DNA from: Candidatus Latescibacterota bacterium
GTDB lineage: Bacteria > Latescibacterota > UBA2968 > UBA8231
Length of the DNA: 64,000 bases
Direction: 5' to 3'
Assembly: GCA_965203175.1 (NCBI GenBank)
Contig: OZ241867.1
Span: 4,736,001-4,800,000, forward strand
Every line of letters starts with the position of its first letter. Position 1 is the first letter of the stretch. The translations under genes and the position numbers were made by a program. This document shows positions 19,394 through 28,299 of this stretch, piece by piece. The notes beneath the pieces were generated by a model. It was not told the origin of the DNA and made no database searches. It saw nothing but the letters and a program-made list of their open reading frames with translations.

Positions 19394-19438
19394 CCTCGCT
19401 CACAATCCGCACTTCCTACCCCACCTCCTGCCAACCTC

Positions 19439-21403
19439 ATGTCGCGTCTGGGAATTCGCTGGGTAGTCCTCTATTTCCTGTCCATTCTCGTGCCAGCCGC
19501 CCTGCTGGCCTTTCTGAGCGTGCGCTCGCTGCGCGATGTCCGCGACAGTGTGCGCCAAGAATTGCGCTCCAAGACGGTGCTAGTGCAGGACGCCTTCGAT
19601 CGCTTGATCAACAGCCGCGCCCAACTCCTAGCCGCATATACCGAAGAGAGTGGAATGGATCCGCGCTCGTACGCGGGTTTTTCCGAGATTGAGCAAATCT
19701 TCGCCGTCGATCCCACGGGAGTGCTGCTCCATCCTGCAGTGCAGCCCTTGCGCTTGCAGGAGCCTCGGGCGGCCTTCGCCGCGCAGATGGAGAAAGCCGA
19801 AGAGCGCGAATTCGGCCACCAAGACTGGGCGGGCGGCGTGCAACTCTACCGCCAAGCATGGAAGGAGGCGACCAGCCCCGCAGAGGAAGCCGAAGCCCTC
19901 AATACCCTTGCCCGCTGCGCCTATAAAGGGAAAGACATGGCGATGGTGGAGGAAATACACCAGATGCTAGCGGCCCTTTACAGCCAAGTCTTCGACGCCG
20001 ACGGAGCCCATCCCGTTACCCTGAGCCACTTGCGCCTAGGGCGCTATGCCGCGCCCGAGCAGGCCCAGGCTAGTCTAATGGCTTGGACCGAGGCTCTGCT
20101 CAAAGGCCGCTATCCCCTGTACGCGGGCTGTCAGCAGGCGCTGCAAGAGGCCCACACGTTGGCGCAAGGTCGGCTGGCAGACATGGAAGACCGTCCCGTT
20201 CTACTGGAGCGGTTGGCCCTGATCGAGGCGGCCCTTGATTTTGCGCTGCGCTTCGGCCCCGTGTTGGAGAACCAATGGGCCACGGCCCGGAAGCAGGGTT
20301 ATATATCGGGAGTGGGCGACGACGGGACGAGTTTTCTCATGTGCCTAGGGATAGCTGAAGGTGGTGGCGCGGTAGGCATTCTATTCGACTGGGCTTCGCT
20401 GACGGCCCTAGTGCAGGAGCAGGTAGAAGGTCTGGCAGAGCGGGATTTTGCCCTTGCCCTATTCGACGCCGACGCGGAGGCCGCCTTTGCAACGGATCAT
20501 CGGGAAACCATCTACGAGACTGGTCCAGCCAGCCGCTGGATGGACCAAGTGCGGCTGGGGATCTGGGCAGCCGATACTTCCGCGGCCACCGGATACTACC
20601 GCACGCGTAACTGGCTGGTGGGCGGCGGCATTTTCGCCTTGGCCGTATCCGTGGTCTTAGGTGGGCTTATGATCCTGCGGGATGCCGGGCGCGAGGTGCA
20701 GGTAGCCCGCCTGCGCTCCGAATTTGTCGCCAATGTATCGCACGAGTTGCGCACCCCGCTCACCGCGATCCGCATGTACGCCGAGACCCTGCTCTTGGGC
20801 CGCTACCGGTCGAATGAACAGATGCAAGACTATCTGATCACCCTTCTGCACGAGAGCCAACGGCTGTCGCGCTTAGTAGATAATGTGCTCGATTTCGCCC
20901 GCATTGAGCGCGGCGACCGGACCTACCAGCGCCAACCCTGCGACCTAGGGGACGCAGCTCGGGCCGCGCTGGAGACCTTTGGCGGAGTATTTGCCGCAGA
21001 AGGCTTTGAAGTGGAGGAAGCTATTGCTGCGGAACTACCTCCAGTACTAGCCGACCAAGAAGCAGTGGAGGGCGCGGTAGCCAATCTCCTAGGCAACGCA
21101 GTCAAGTACTCGTCCGAGCACAAAGCCATCCGCCTAGCCGTAGAACAGCGCGCTGCCGAGGTAGTCATAGAAGTAGCCGACCGAGGCATCGGCCTCCCCA
21201 CAGGTGAAGAAGAGCGCATCTTTGGGCAATTCCATCGAGGGGCTAACGCGGCCAGCACGGCCGGGACCGGATTGGGATTGTCTCTAGTCAAAAGCGTGGT
21301 CGAGGCGCATGAAGGCCGGGTGGAAGCAGCCCATCGACCGGACGGCGGCAGTGTATTCCGGCTGTACTTCCCGGTGCAGGCCGAGGAGAAGACCCATGCC
21401 TAA
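19439..21403 (+). CDS. Membrane sensor histidine kinase with TPR-like extracytoplasmic region
   Basis: Two TM segments; H-box VSHELRTPL, N-box NLLGNAVKY, DRGIG, GTGLGLS; start trimmed to MSRLGIRW. Confidence 0.93.
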   Translation: MSRLGIRWVVLYFLSILVPAALLAFLSVRSLRDVRDSVRQELRSKTVLVQDAFDRLINSRAQLLAAYTEESGMDPRSYAGFSEIEQIFAVDPTGVLLHPAVQPLRLQEPRAAFAAQMEKAEEREFGHQDWAGGVQLYRQAWKEATSPAEEAEALNTLARCAYKGKDMAMVEEIHQMLAALYSQVFDADGAHPVTLSHLRLGRYAAPEQAQASLMAWTEALLKGRYPLYAGCQQALQEAHTLAQGRLADMEDRPVLLERLALIEAALDFALRFGPVLENQWATARKQGYISGVGDDGTSFLMCLGIAEGGGAVGILFDWASLTALVQEQVEGLAERDFALALFDADAEAAFATDHRETIYETGPASRWMDQVRLGIWAADTSAATGYYRTRNWLVGGGIFALAVSVVLGGLMILRDAGREVQVARLRSEFVANVSHELRTPLTAIRMYAETLLLGRYRSNEQMQDYLITLLHESQRLSRLVDNVLDFARIERGDRTYQRQPCDLGDAARAALETFGGVFAAEGFEVEEAIAAELPPVLADQEAVEGAVANLLGNAVKYSSEHKAIRLAVEQRAAEVVIEVADRGIGLPTGEEERIFGQFHRGANAASTAGTGLGLSLVKSVVEAHEGRVEAAHRPDGGSVFRLYFPVQAEEKTHA

Positions 21404-22076
21404 AATTTTGGTCGTCGAGGACGAAGCGGCCATCGCCCGGGTGCTGGTCGATAATCTGACCTTTGAAGGCCACGAGGCCGAGGCGGTCGCCGATGGAGCC
21501 GAGGGGCTAGAGCGGGCCTTGGCTTGGCAGCCGGACCTGATTCTGCTGGATGTGGTGATGCCCACTATGGATGGGTACGAGGTGTGCCGTCGTCTGCGGG
21601 CGCAGGGGGCGGCCACGCCTATCATCATGCTCACGGCGCGCGGCGAAGAGGTCGATAAAGTTCTAGGCCTAGAGTTGGGGGCTGACGACTACGTCACCAA
21701 ACCAGTGGGCGTCCGCGAACTCATGGCGCGGATCAAAGCGGTGCTGCGGCGCAGCGAGTTGGCATCGACCACAGGCACGGTGCTAGCGTTCGGACCAGCG
21801 CGAATCGACTTCGACCGCTACGAGGCGACCGTGGATAGCCAGACCGTGCATCTGTCCCCCAAGGCATTTGGCGTGCTGCGTCTCCTGTGGGAGCGCAAAG
21901 GCCATGCCCTGACCCGAGCGCAGATCTTGGAGCAGGTGTGGGGCTACGAAGTGTACCCCACTACGCGCACGGTGGACAACCACATCGCCGAATTGCGCAA
22001 CCGCTTGGAGGCCGATCCGGCCCAGCCGCGCCACATCCTCACGGTACACGGAATCGGATACCGCTTTGTGGAGTGA
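21396..22076 (+). CDS. OmpR/PhoB family response regulator
   Basis: KILVVEDE, LLDVVMP, GADDYVTKP, wHTH RTVDNHIAELR...TVHGIGYRF; overlaps kinase end. Confidence 0.95.
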   Translation: MPKILVVEDEAAIARVLVDNLTFEGHEAEAVADGAEGLERALAWQPDLILLDVVMPTMDGYEVCRRLRAQGAATPIIMLTARGEEVDKVLGLELGADDYVTKPVGVRELMARIKAVLRRSELASTTGTVLAFGPARIDFDRYEATVDSQTVHLSPKAFGVLRLLWERKGHALTRAQILEQVWGYEVYPTTRTVDNHIAELRNRLEADPAQPRHILTVHGIGYRFVE

Positions 22077-22104
22077 GGCCAGAAAGTACAACCTTTTTGC
22101 ACAT

Positions 22105-22133
22105 CCATGACAAAACCATGACAACTTGGACAA
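22105..22133 (+). promoter_or_regulatory. Putative OmpR/PhoB-type binding site (11-bp-period direct repeat)
   Basis: CCATGACAA at 22105 and 22116, plus a third GACAA at 22129, between the response regulator and the downstream gene. Confidence 0.65.
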
Positions 22134-22201
22134 CGTTGGCGTTTAGGTTCAAAGGTGAGTGCGCAACCGCGCATTCACTCACCTAAACGAGGAGTCCCAT
22201 C

Positions 22202-24067
22202 ATGGAGCGCGTTATCACAATTCTCCTAAGTTGCGTATTGCTGACCGCCAGCAGCTTGCAGGCTAGCAGTGTCGAAGAGACTTATCAGGCGGCCCTCACG
22301 CAGGAGAAGGGCGAGGGCAACTTAGAGGAGGCCATTCGCCTCTACCAACAAGTGATTGAGGCACACGAGAAGGGCGAGGCGGACGAGAGCTTGGCGGCCC
22401 GGGCGCAGCTACGCATCGGCGTGTGCCAGGAGAAGTTGGGACTGGCACAGGCGCGTCAGACCTACGAAGCTGCACGCGACAAGTACTCCGACCAGCCACA
22501 GGTGCAGGTGGAAGCGGTACAACGCTTAAAATCGACCCACCAGCGCGAGGCGACGATCGAGCGGTCGAGAGCCCTTACAGCCTCTGAATTTGAAATCCGC
22601 CGTCGGCCAAGGTCTGGAAAGTGGGTCAGTCCCGACTCGGTGCTTATCGCGTATAGGATACAGCAGGATGCAGGGGGCAGGATCGACTCGGCGCGTATCA
22701 ACGAGCAGATGCGCCAGTTCCGGCGAATAATGGAGCGAGCTAGGCAGCAGAAGGAACTGACCGAGCGGCAGTTGGAAGCCTTCCAGCGGCAGCTAGAACG
22801 ACAGCTAAATCGGATGGAGCAACAGTTGAAGGTCATCCAAAGAAATCCGCTACGGGATGTGCGAATCAGGTCCCCACACTTCTTGGAGTTCGGATCGGAT
22901 CAGCGGTACTACCACTACGCCAACACACCTCCGGTGATCCCCTACGCCTATGAAGAGGTGGCCGAGGTGCCCATACAGTGGAAATTCCGCCTCGATGAGA
23001 GCACGCATCCGCAGCGGCACCGCTACGCCACGCTGGACTTCGACGACTCGGATTGGGCTACAATCAACATCGGACAGGCTTACGAGGATCAAGGCTACGC
23101 TGGTTATGACGGGTGGGCTTGGTATAGGGCTACCTTCACGGTGGCGGCGGATTCGGTGCGGTCGGTGCTCATGGCTTTCGGCGGGTTCGGGGCTAAGGAC
23201 GCCTTTGTGTATGTCAACGGCCACTTGGTTGGTCAGCACTACGACCAGTGGGACCGGCCGTTCATCCTCGATATAAGCGACCACGTCGTGCGCGACGGGG
23301 AGAATACAGTGGCGTTGTATTTGTATGACGACAACGGCATGGGCGGTGTATATGGCCTGATTAATGTACATCAGCCCACGGACGAGGTAGAAACAGACGA
23401 CTTTGCCACCAACCGGGGCGGGCACTTGGAGATGGTGAGATGGCACGGCTGGCCGGTTTTTAAGGACCATTTCACCAGCGGCAAGCTCTATAGCCGCTAT
23501 GCTCACCGGCCTCCGCGCATTCCCTACGCCTATAAAGCGGTAGCCAAAATTCCCATGCAGTGGAAATTCCTCCTCAGCCCCTACCAGGAACACCAAGAAG
23601 TTATCCTTAGCCGTGCCGATTTCGACGATTCGCATTGGGCCGATATCGACATCGGCCAGGCCTGGGAAGATCAGGGCTACAGTGGCTATGACGAAGGGGC
23701 TTGGTACCGAGCCCAGATTGAGGTGGACGCGGAAGAGGGGCGGCCTGTACATCTGGCCTTCGGCGGCGTGGATAACAACGCCTCTGTGTACGTCAATGGC
23801 ACCTTTGTAGGAGAACACTACGGATGGAATACCCCTTTCATCCTCGACATCAGCGAGACGGTCAATTACAAAGGCCAGAACACGGTCGCCGTGTGGGTGT
23901 ACGACGGGGCCAACATGGGTGGCATCTTCGGCACCATAGAAATAATTCAACCCACCGTGAAGGAGGACCTCGACCGCTACTTGGCCAATCGCGGTATCTC
24001 GGCGCAGCAGAAGCAGACCGACCGAGACGGGTCAAAGAAGCGGAGCTTTTGGAGTCGCTTTTTCTAG
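22202..24067 (+). CDS. Secreted TPR + coiled-coil protein with two GH2-N/beta-galactosidase jelly-roll sugar-binding-like domains
   Basis: Signal peptide; N-terminal TPR pair; duplicated WKF...FDDSxW...YDGxAWYR...FGG...VYVNG...G.N.VA domain; no catalytic TIM barrel. Confidence 0.8.
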   Translation: MERVITILLSCVLLTASSLQASSVEETYQAALTQEKGEGNLEEAIRLYQQVIEAHEKGEADESLAARAQLRIGVCQEKLGLAQARQTYEAARDKYSDQPQVQVEAVQRLKSTHQREATIERSRALTASEFEIRRRPRSGKWVSPDSVLIAYRIQQDAGGRIDSARINEQMRQFRRIMERARQQKELTERQLEAFQRQLERQLNRMEQQLKVIQRNPLRDVRIRSPHFLEFGSDQRYYHYANTPPVIPYAYEEVAEVPIQWKFRLDESTHPQRHRYATLDFDDSDWATINIGQAYEDQGYAGYDGWAWYRATFTVAADSVRSVLMAFGGFGAKDAFVYVNGHLVGQHYDQWDRPFILDISDHVVRDGENTVALYLYDDNGMGGVYGLINVHQPTDEVETDDFATNRGGHLEMVRWHGWPVFKDHFTSGKLYSRYAHRPPRIPYAYKAVAKIPMQWKFLLSPYQEHQEVILSRADFDDSHWADIDIGQAWEDQGYSGYDEGAWYRAQIEVDAEEGRPVHLAFGGVDNNASVYVNGTFVGEHYGWNTPFILDISETVNYKGQNTVAVWVYDGANMGGIFGTIEIIQPTVKEDLDRYLANRGISAQQKQTDRDGSKKRSFWSRFF

Positions 24068-24134
24068 CGCCAGGTCGGTCGCAGGCGCTGCGGCCGCCCT
24101 GACTATAGTGAATCACGCTCAGAGGAGATAGACA

Positions 24135-25046
24135 ATGGACAAGGCGGCAGCAGCGTTAGCGCGTATGAAGGGGCCAGTAGTCCCGCTCAATTTGTGCTTT
24201 GACGAAAGCGGCGCATTAGACCACCAAGCAGTGGCGGCATACGTAGATTGGCTCAGCGAACACGGAGCGCCCATCCTGATGTTGACCTACGGCAGCAGCG
24301 AATTCGCCTGCCTAGACGACGAGGATATATGGGCGGTGACCGAGACCGTGGGCCAGGCCTGCGCTGGTCGGGCCTTCTGCATCGGCGGCACGGGTTTTTG
24401 GAAGCCAGCCAAGACGCGGGATTATCTAGCCCACGCCCAAGCTGTAGGGATGGACGCGGTCAAAGTCCAAGTCCATCCCTATCTGGGCAATACCACGCCG
24501 GTTCTGGTCAATTACTTCGACGCCTTGGAAGGGGCCGCCGACATTCCCCTGCTGCTGTGGGCCGGCGGCCAGCCCCCCTTCCCCTTGGAGGCCGCCGTGA
24601 AATTGGCCCAGCGCCCCCACATCATTGGCATGAAAAACGATGGCGACCAATTCTACACGTATTACGACCTGATCCGCCAGACGCGCAATTTTGGTTTCGG
24701 GGTGATCAGCGGCGGGCAGATGCGCAATTTCGCCTTTGGCTATCCGCTCGGCTCCCCCGCCTATTTGTGCACAGTCGCACCCTTCCGGCCCGACATTGCC
24801 AATGCCTTCTACCATGCGCTGGTCAACGGCGATGCAGCCGGAGCTTGGGATTTGGTGTACCGCTATGAAGAGCCGTGGTTGCAGTGGGCCATCAAACACA
24901 ACTGGCTGGCTTCCATAAAAGCGGCCATCCAATTGAAGGGCCTCTACCCCAACCACCGCTTAGGGCCACCCCATCCAGCGCCGGAGCCGGGGCTCGTCGA
25001 AAAGCTCAAAGCCCTGTTCGACGAGATATACGAGGGGGAATTTTAA
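24135..25046 (+). CDS. Dihydrodipicolinate synthase/N-acetylneuraminate lyase family aldolase
   Basis: GPVVP...FDESGALD, YGSSEF, Schiff-base Lys in IIGMKND. Confidence 0.85.
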   Translation: MDKAAAALARMKGPVVPLNLCFDESGALDHQAVAAYVDWLSEHGAPILMLTYGSSEFACLDDEDIWAVTETVGQACAGRAFCIGGTGFWKPAKTRDYLAHAQAVGMDAVKVQVHPYLGNTTPVLVNYFDALEGAADIPLLLWAGGQPPFPLEAAVKLAQRPHIIGMKNDGDQFYTYYDLIRQTRNFGFGVISGGQMRNFAFGYPLGSPAYLCTVAPFRPDIANAFYHALVNGDAAGAWDLVYRYEEPWLQWAIKHNWLASIKAAIQLKGLYPNHRLGPPHPAPEPGLVEKLKALFDEIYEGEF

Positions 25047-25047
25047 T

Positions 25048-25662
25048 TCACAGCCTAACGGCAATAAGGTGCGACTTTTCCAGCGGCAGGATGTAGGTCA
25101 GCCAATCGGCAGTCTCGTCTAAGCGGCTTCTAAAGGCGGCCCAAGCCGGATTCTGGTCCCATTGTTCGACTTTGGACCAGCCATCGACAAAGAGAAACGC
25201 CCCTACCACCAGACGGCTTTCCAACATGGTGAACATGGGCGCAAATGCGGGCAGGCCAAAATCCACGAAGACAAAGTCCACGCGCTCGGGAAGAGCCGCG
25301 ATAAAGGCATCCCCCTCCCCAGTGTAGCATTCCACTAGGTGGTCCAAGCCAGCTTGGCACAAATTGGCTTGGGCCGCCACCGTTTTTTCAGACACCCGAT
25401 CCAAGCTGAAGACGCGACCCCCGGTGCGTTGAGCCGCAGCGGCTAGGTGCAGGGTAGAATAGCCGTGCGAAGTGCCAAATTCGACCAAGGTCCGGGCCTG
25501 CTGGTGGATCGCGGCCAGACAGAGGTAATGGGCCACTTGAGGGCTGACAGCCCTGAGACGCAACGGGTCCGTGGACCCGGCTTGACGCTCCTGCTGATCG
25601 CGTCTGTGCAGACCAGCGACAAGGGCTTGTTGCGTCGGCGTGAAGAGATCCTCAATGTGCAT
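25048..25662 (-). CDS. SAM-dependent O-methyltransferase
   Basis: VEFGTSHGYSTL, DFVFVD. Confidence 0.87.
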   Translation of the reverse strand: MHIEDLFTPTQQALVAGLHRRDQQERQAGSTDPLRLRAVSPQVAHYLCLAAIHQQARTLVEFGTSHGYSTLHLAAAAQRTGGRVFSLDRVSEKTVAAQANLCQAGLDHLVECYTGEGDAFIAALPERVDFVFVDFGLPAFAPMFTMLESRLVVGAFLFVDGWSKVEQWDQNPAWAAFRSRLDETADWLTYILPLEKSHLIAVRL

Positions 25663-27138
25663 TTAGTCGGCCTCAGCAAAAGGCGGCACCACCCCGTCGT
25701 CCAGCGGAAAAATGGGACGCACACAGTGCTGGTAGGGCAAGGTTTTGAGATTGGCGCTGGTGGACCCGGGCACATCGACAGCGACAATGCGGGCGGCTAT
25801 AGGCTGGTAGTGAGTGCGAAAGCCATTGGGCGATTTGCACACGACCAAATCGTAGTCGGCTGGATCGTGCCCTTGGCTTTGGTACACCTTGCGTCCGACG
25901 ATGGGGGCGGCTTCTTGGGTCACTAGCAATGTAAGATTGCCACTGGTCAAAATGGCGGTGCGGCTAGGCGGCACTACATACCCGAATTCAGTAGTGAAGG
26001 CCCCGTCGGACAGGCTTTTGACGTACAGAGGCAATTCCACCGGCGCAAAGCGCTCTGAATCGAGGGTGCCGCCCAAAGGCCAAGTGAACTGCCCCCCTAC
26101 TCCAGTCCGATAGGCAGCTTCCACCGCAGGAGCATCGACTATGGGAATGAGGGCGCGCTTGCTGTAATTGTATTGGAGCAGCCCCTTGAGAATGGCGTTG
26201 CTATCGCCGCTGGCACCCGAGGCCGTAGAATCCGCGGCATCGGAGAACACCGTAAGCCCCTCGGTCTCCTCGGCCAGACGCACGGCTTGTTCGAGCGAGG
26301 TGAGTTTGGGAATCCAGTGAGGGCGGTTTTCCCACATGAAGCGAGCCAATTCCAGCGCCAGTTCTTGGGCTTGAGCTGGATCGTCGTCGGTGGTGACGAT
26401 TGCATTGGACTGCAAATCGGGCACGTCGGTAAAGGGGTTGCCAATGATGACGCCTGCGGCCAAACCGCCTGGAGACGCCTCAATTTCACGGCAGCGGCGG
26501 ATGGCTTCGCCAAAGCGACCGCTGGCGGTGATGAGTTCATCGCCACGAGCCAATAATGGGATGGATACGCGAGCCGTGGTGGGCTTGACTTCCCCGTCCA
26601 ATTGGCGCAACAACAGACGAGCCGCGCGCTGGCCAGTGTCGCGCATATCCGTGTGTGGATAGGTGTGGAGAAAGACCAAGGCGTCGGCTGCATCGACCAG
26701 TCGTTGCGAGATGACCGCGTGCAGGTCCATGGCCGCGACAATGGGCACGTCTCCGACGATTTGCCGGATGCCGGATGCGACGCGGCCTTCGGGATCGATT
26801 TCGGTTTCGCCGGCCATGGCCCCGTGCAGCGACAGACAGACCGCATCAACTGGGGCGTGGGCCTCGACAGCGGCCAACAATTCGCCGATGAGACGCTCCA
26901 TATCGGGACCAGCGACCAATCCACCAGTGGTATTGCACCAAGCCCCGTACGTGGAAACCAGTTCGATGTCGGGACGGGCTTCGAGAACGTCGATATTGCC
27001 CGCCAGCGTGGAATTGGAAGAGCGGGTAGCTTCTATAAGATCTGGCCCCCGGTGGATCGTGAAGTCGTCGTAATAAGTAAGCTGGGGGTTAAAGCTACCA
27101 ACTTCGTGGTTGAATTTGGCCAAAAGAACGCGTTTCAT
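25663..27138 (-). CDS. M81 family metallopeptidase (MlrC-like)
   Basis: HEVGSFNP, LSLHGAM, DLHA, YPHTD, DSTASGASGD, RPIFPLD; start trimmed to MKRVLLA. Confidence 0.9.
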   Translation of the reverse strand: MKRVLLAKFNHEVGSFNPQLTYYDDFTIHRGPDLIEATRSSNSTLAGNIDVLEARPDIELVSTYGAWCNTTGGLVAGPDMERLIGELLAAVEAHAPVDAVCLSLHGAMAGETEIDPEGRVASGIRQIVGDVPIVAAMDLHAVISQRLVDAADALVFLHTYPHTDMRDTGQRAARLLLRQLDGEVKPTTARVSIPLLARGDELITASGRFGEAIRRCREIEASPGGLAAGVIIGNPFTDVPDLQSNAIVTTDDDPAQAQELALELARFMWENRPHWIPKLTSLEQAVRLAEETEGLTVFSDAADSTASGASGDSNAILKGLLQYNYSKRALIPIVDAPAVEAAYRTGVGGQFTWPLGGTLDSERFAPVELPLYVKSLSDGAFTTEFGYVVPPSRTAILTSGNLTLLVTQEAAPIVGRKVYQSQGHDPADYDLVVCKSPNGFRTHYQPIAARIVAVDVPGSTSANLKTLPYQHCVRPIFPLDDGVVPPFAEAD

Positions 27139-27260
27139 AAGGAACCTTCCGCAGAGGCGATGTTGGATGGGTTGCAAGGAGACAAAGCTGGCGTGAAACT
27201 TAGTAAGACGAAGAGTTCGCGCCAAAATGTATGAATACTACTTGCGAGAGGAGCACACTC

Positions 27261-28238
27261 ATGAACGTACCCCCTACCGACGGCATCCGCATCGCCGTCA
27301 CCGACCTTGAGCAACTGGTCGTCGATATTTTCAAGGCAGTGCCGATACCAGAAGAGCACGCTCGGCTCATCGCCAGCAAATTAGTCGAATGCGACCTGCG
27401 CGGCGTCGTCAGCCACGGCACCCTCCAAGTCAATCGCTACGTCCGTTCATTCCAAGACGGCACCGTCAACCCAAACCCGCAAATCCGCGTACTCAAGGAG
27501 GGACCGACCACTGCCGCGCTCTCCGGCGACGGCGGCTTGGGCTACCTCGTCGCTACTAAGAGCATGGAAATGGCCATCGCCAAAGCCCAAGAAGCCGGAA
27601 TCGGCGCGGCCACCTCCACCTACCACGGTCATCTTGGCAGCACCGGCAACTACGCGCGCATGGCCATGCGCGCAGACCTAATCGGCATCTCCACCTCCGG
27701 TCGCAATGCCTCCGACCACTACAATCGCGATACGACGATCCGAGGCTCCATCCAAGGCAGCCCGCCTTTGGCCTTCGGCATGCCGGCCGGAGCGGGCAAA
27801 CCGACCTTCCTACTCGACTTCGCCAGCCACTACGCGATCGACGACGAGACTTTCCTGAAGTACCCGCCAGTTTTCATCAAGGCCATCGGCATCTCGCACG
27901 TGGGCAATATCCTATCGGGTACGCTAGGAGGGCAGATGCTGACGGAGTTTTCGCGGGGCAACATCGAGTTCACAGGTGCCGATCAATCGGGCTTCTTCCT
28001 CGCCCTAGACGTAAACTGCTTTTCCGATCTCGACGCCTTCAAGGCCGACATGGACCACCTGATGGACGAAGCCAGTCGCATGAAACCACTACCCAGTTTC
28101 GACGAGTCCTTCCTGCCCGGCGGCAAGGAGCTAGCGCGGGAAACCGAGTACCGCAGAGATGGCGTGCCGATTTCGGCGGAAGCGGTCGAGGGACTTGAGG
28201 AAGTAGCTAAGGAATTCTCCATCGCCACTCCGTGGTAG
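27261..28238 (+). CDS. Ldh_2 family (malate/L-lactate/ureidoglycolate dehydrogenase-like) oxidoreductase
   Basis: DLRGVVSHG, GDGGLG, HLG, PLAFGMP, LPG; start MNVPP after GAGGAG. Confidence 0.88.
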   Translation: MNVPPTDGIRIAVTDLEQLVVDIFKAVPIPEEHARLIASKLVECDLRGVVSHGTLQVNRYVRSFQDGTVNPNPQIRVLKEGPTTAALSGDGGLGYLVATKSMEMAIAKAQEAGIGAATSTYHGHLGSTGNYARMAMRADLIGISTSGRNASDHYNRDTTIRGSIQGSPPLAFGMPAGAGKPTFLLDFASHYAIDDETFLKYPPVFIKAIGISHVGNILSGTLGGQMLTEFSRGNIEFTGADQSGFFLALDVNCFSDLDAFKADMDHLMDEASRMKPLPSFDESFLPGGKELARETEYRRDGVPISAEAVEGLEEVAKEFSIATPW

Positions 28239-28299
28239 CCCTGGCGCATACCGTAACACTCGACCCAGAAACCATTGACGCGAAACGGAGCTAAAAAAA

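Noticed and set aside
24135-25046. Assigning dapA
   Set aside because: GTTGE motif replaced by GSSE and catabolic context; family-level call only.
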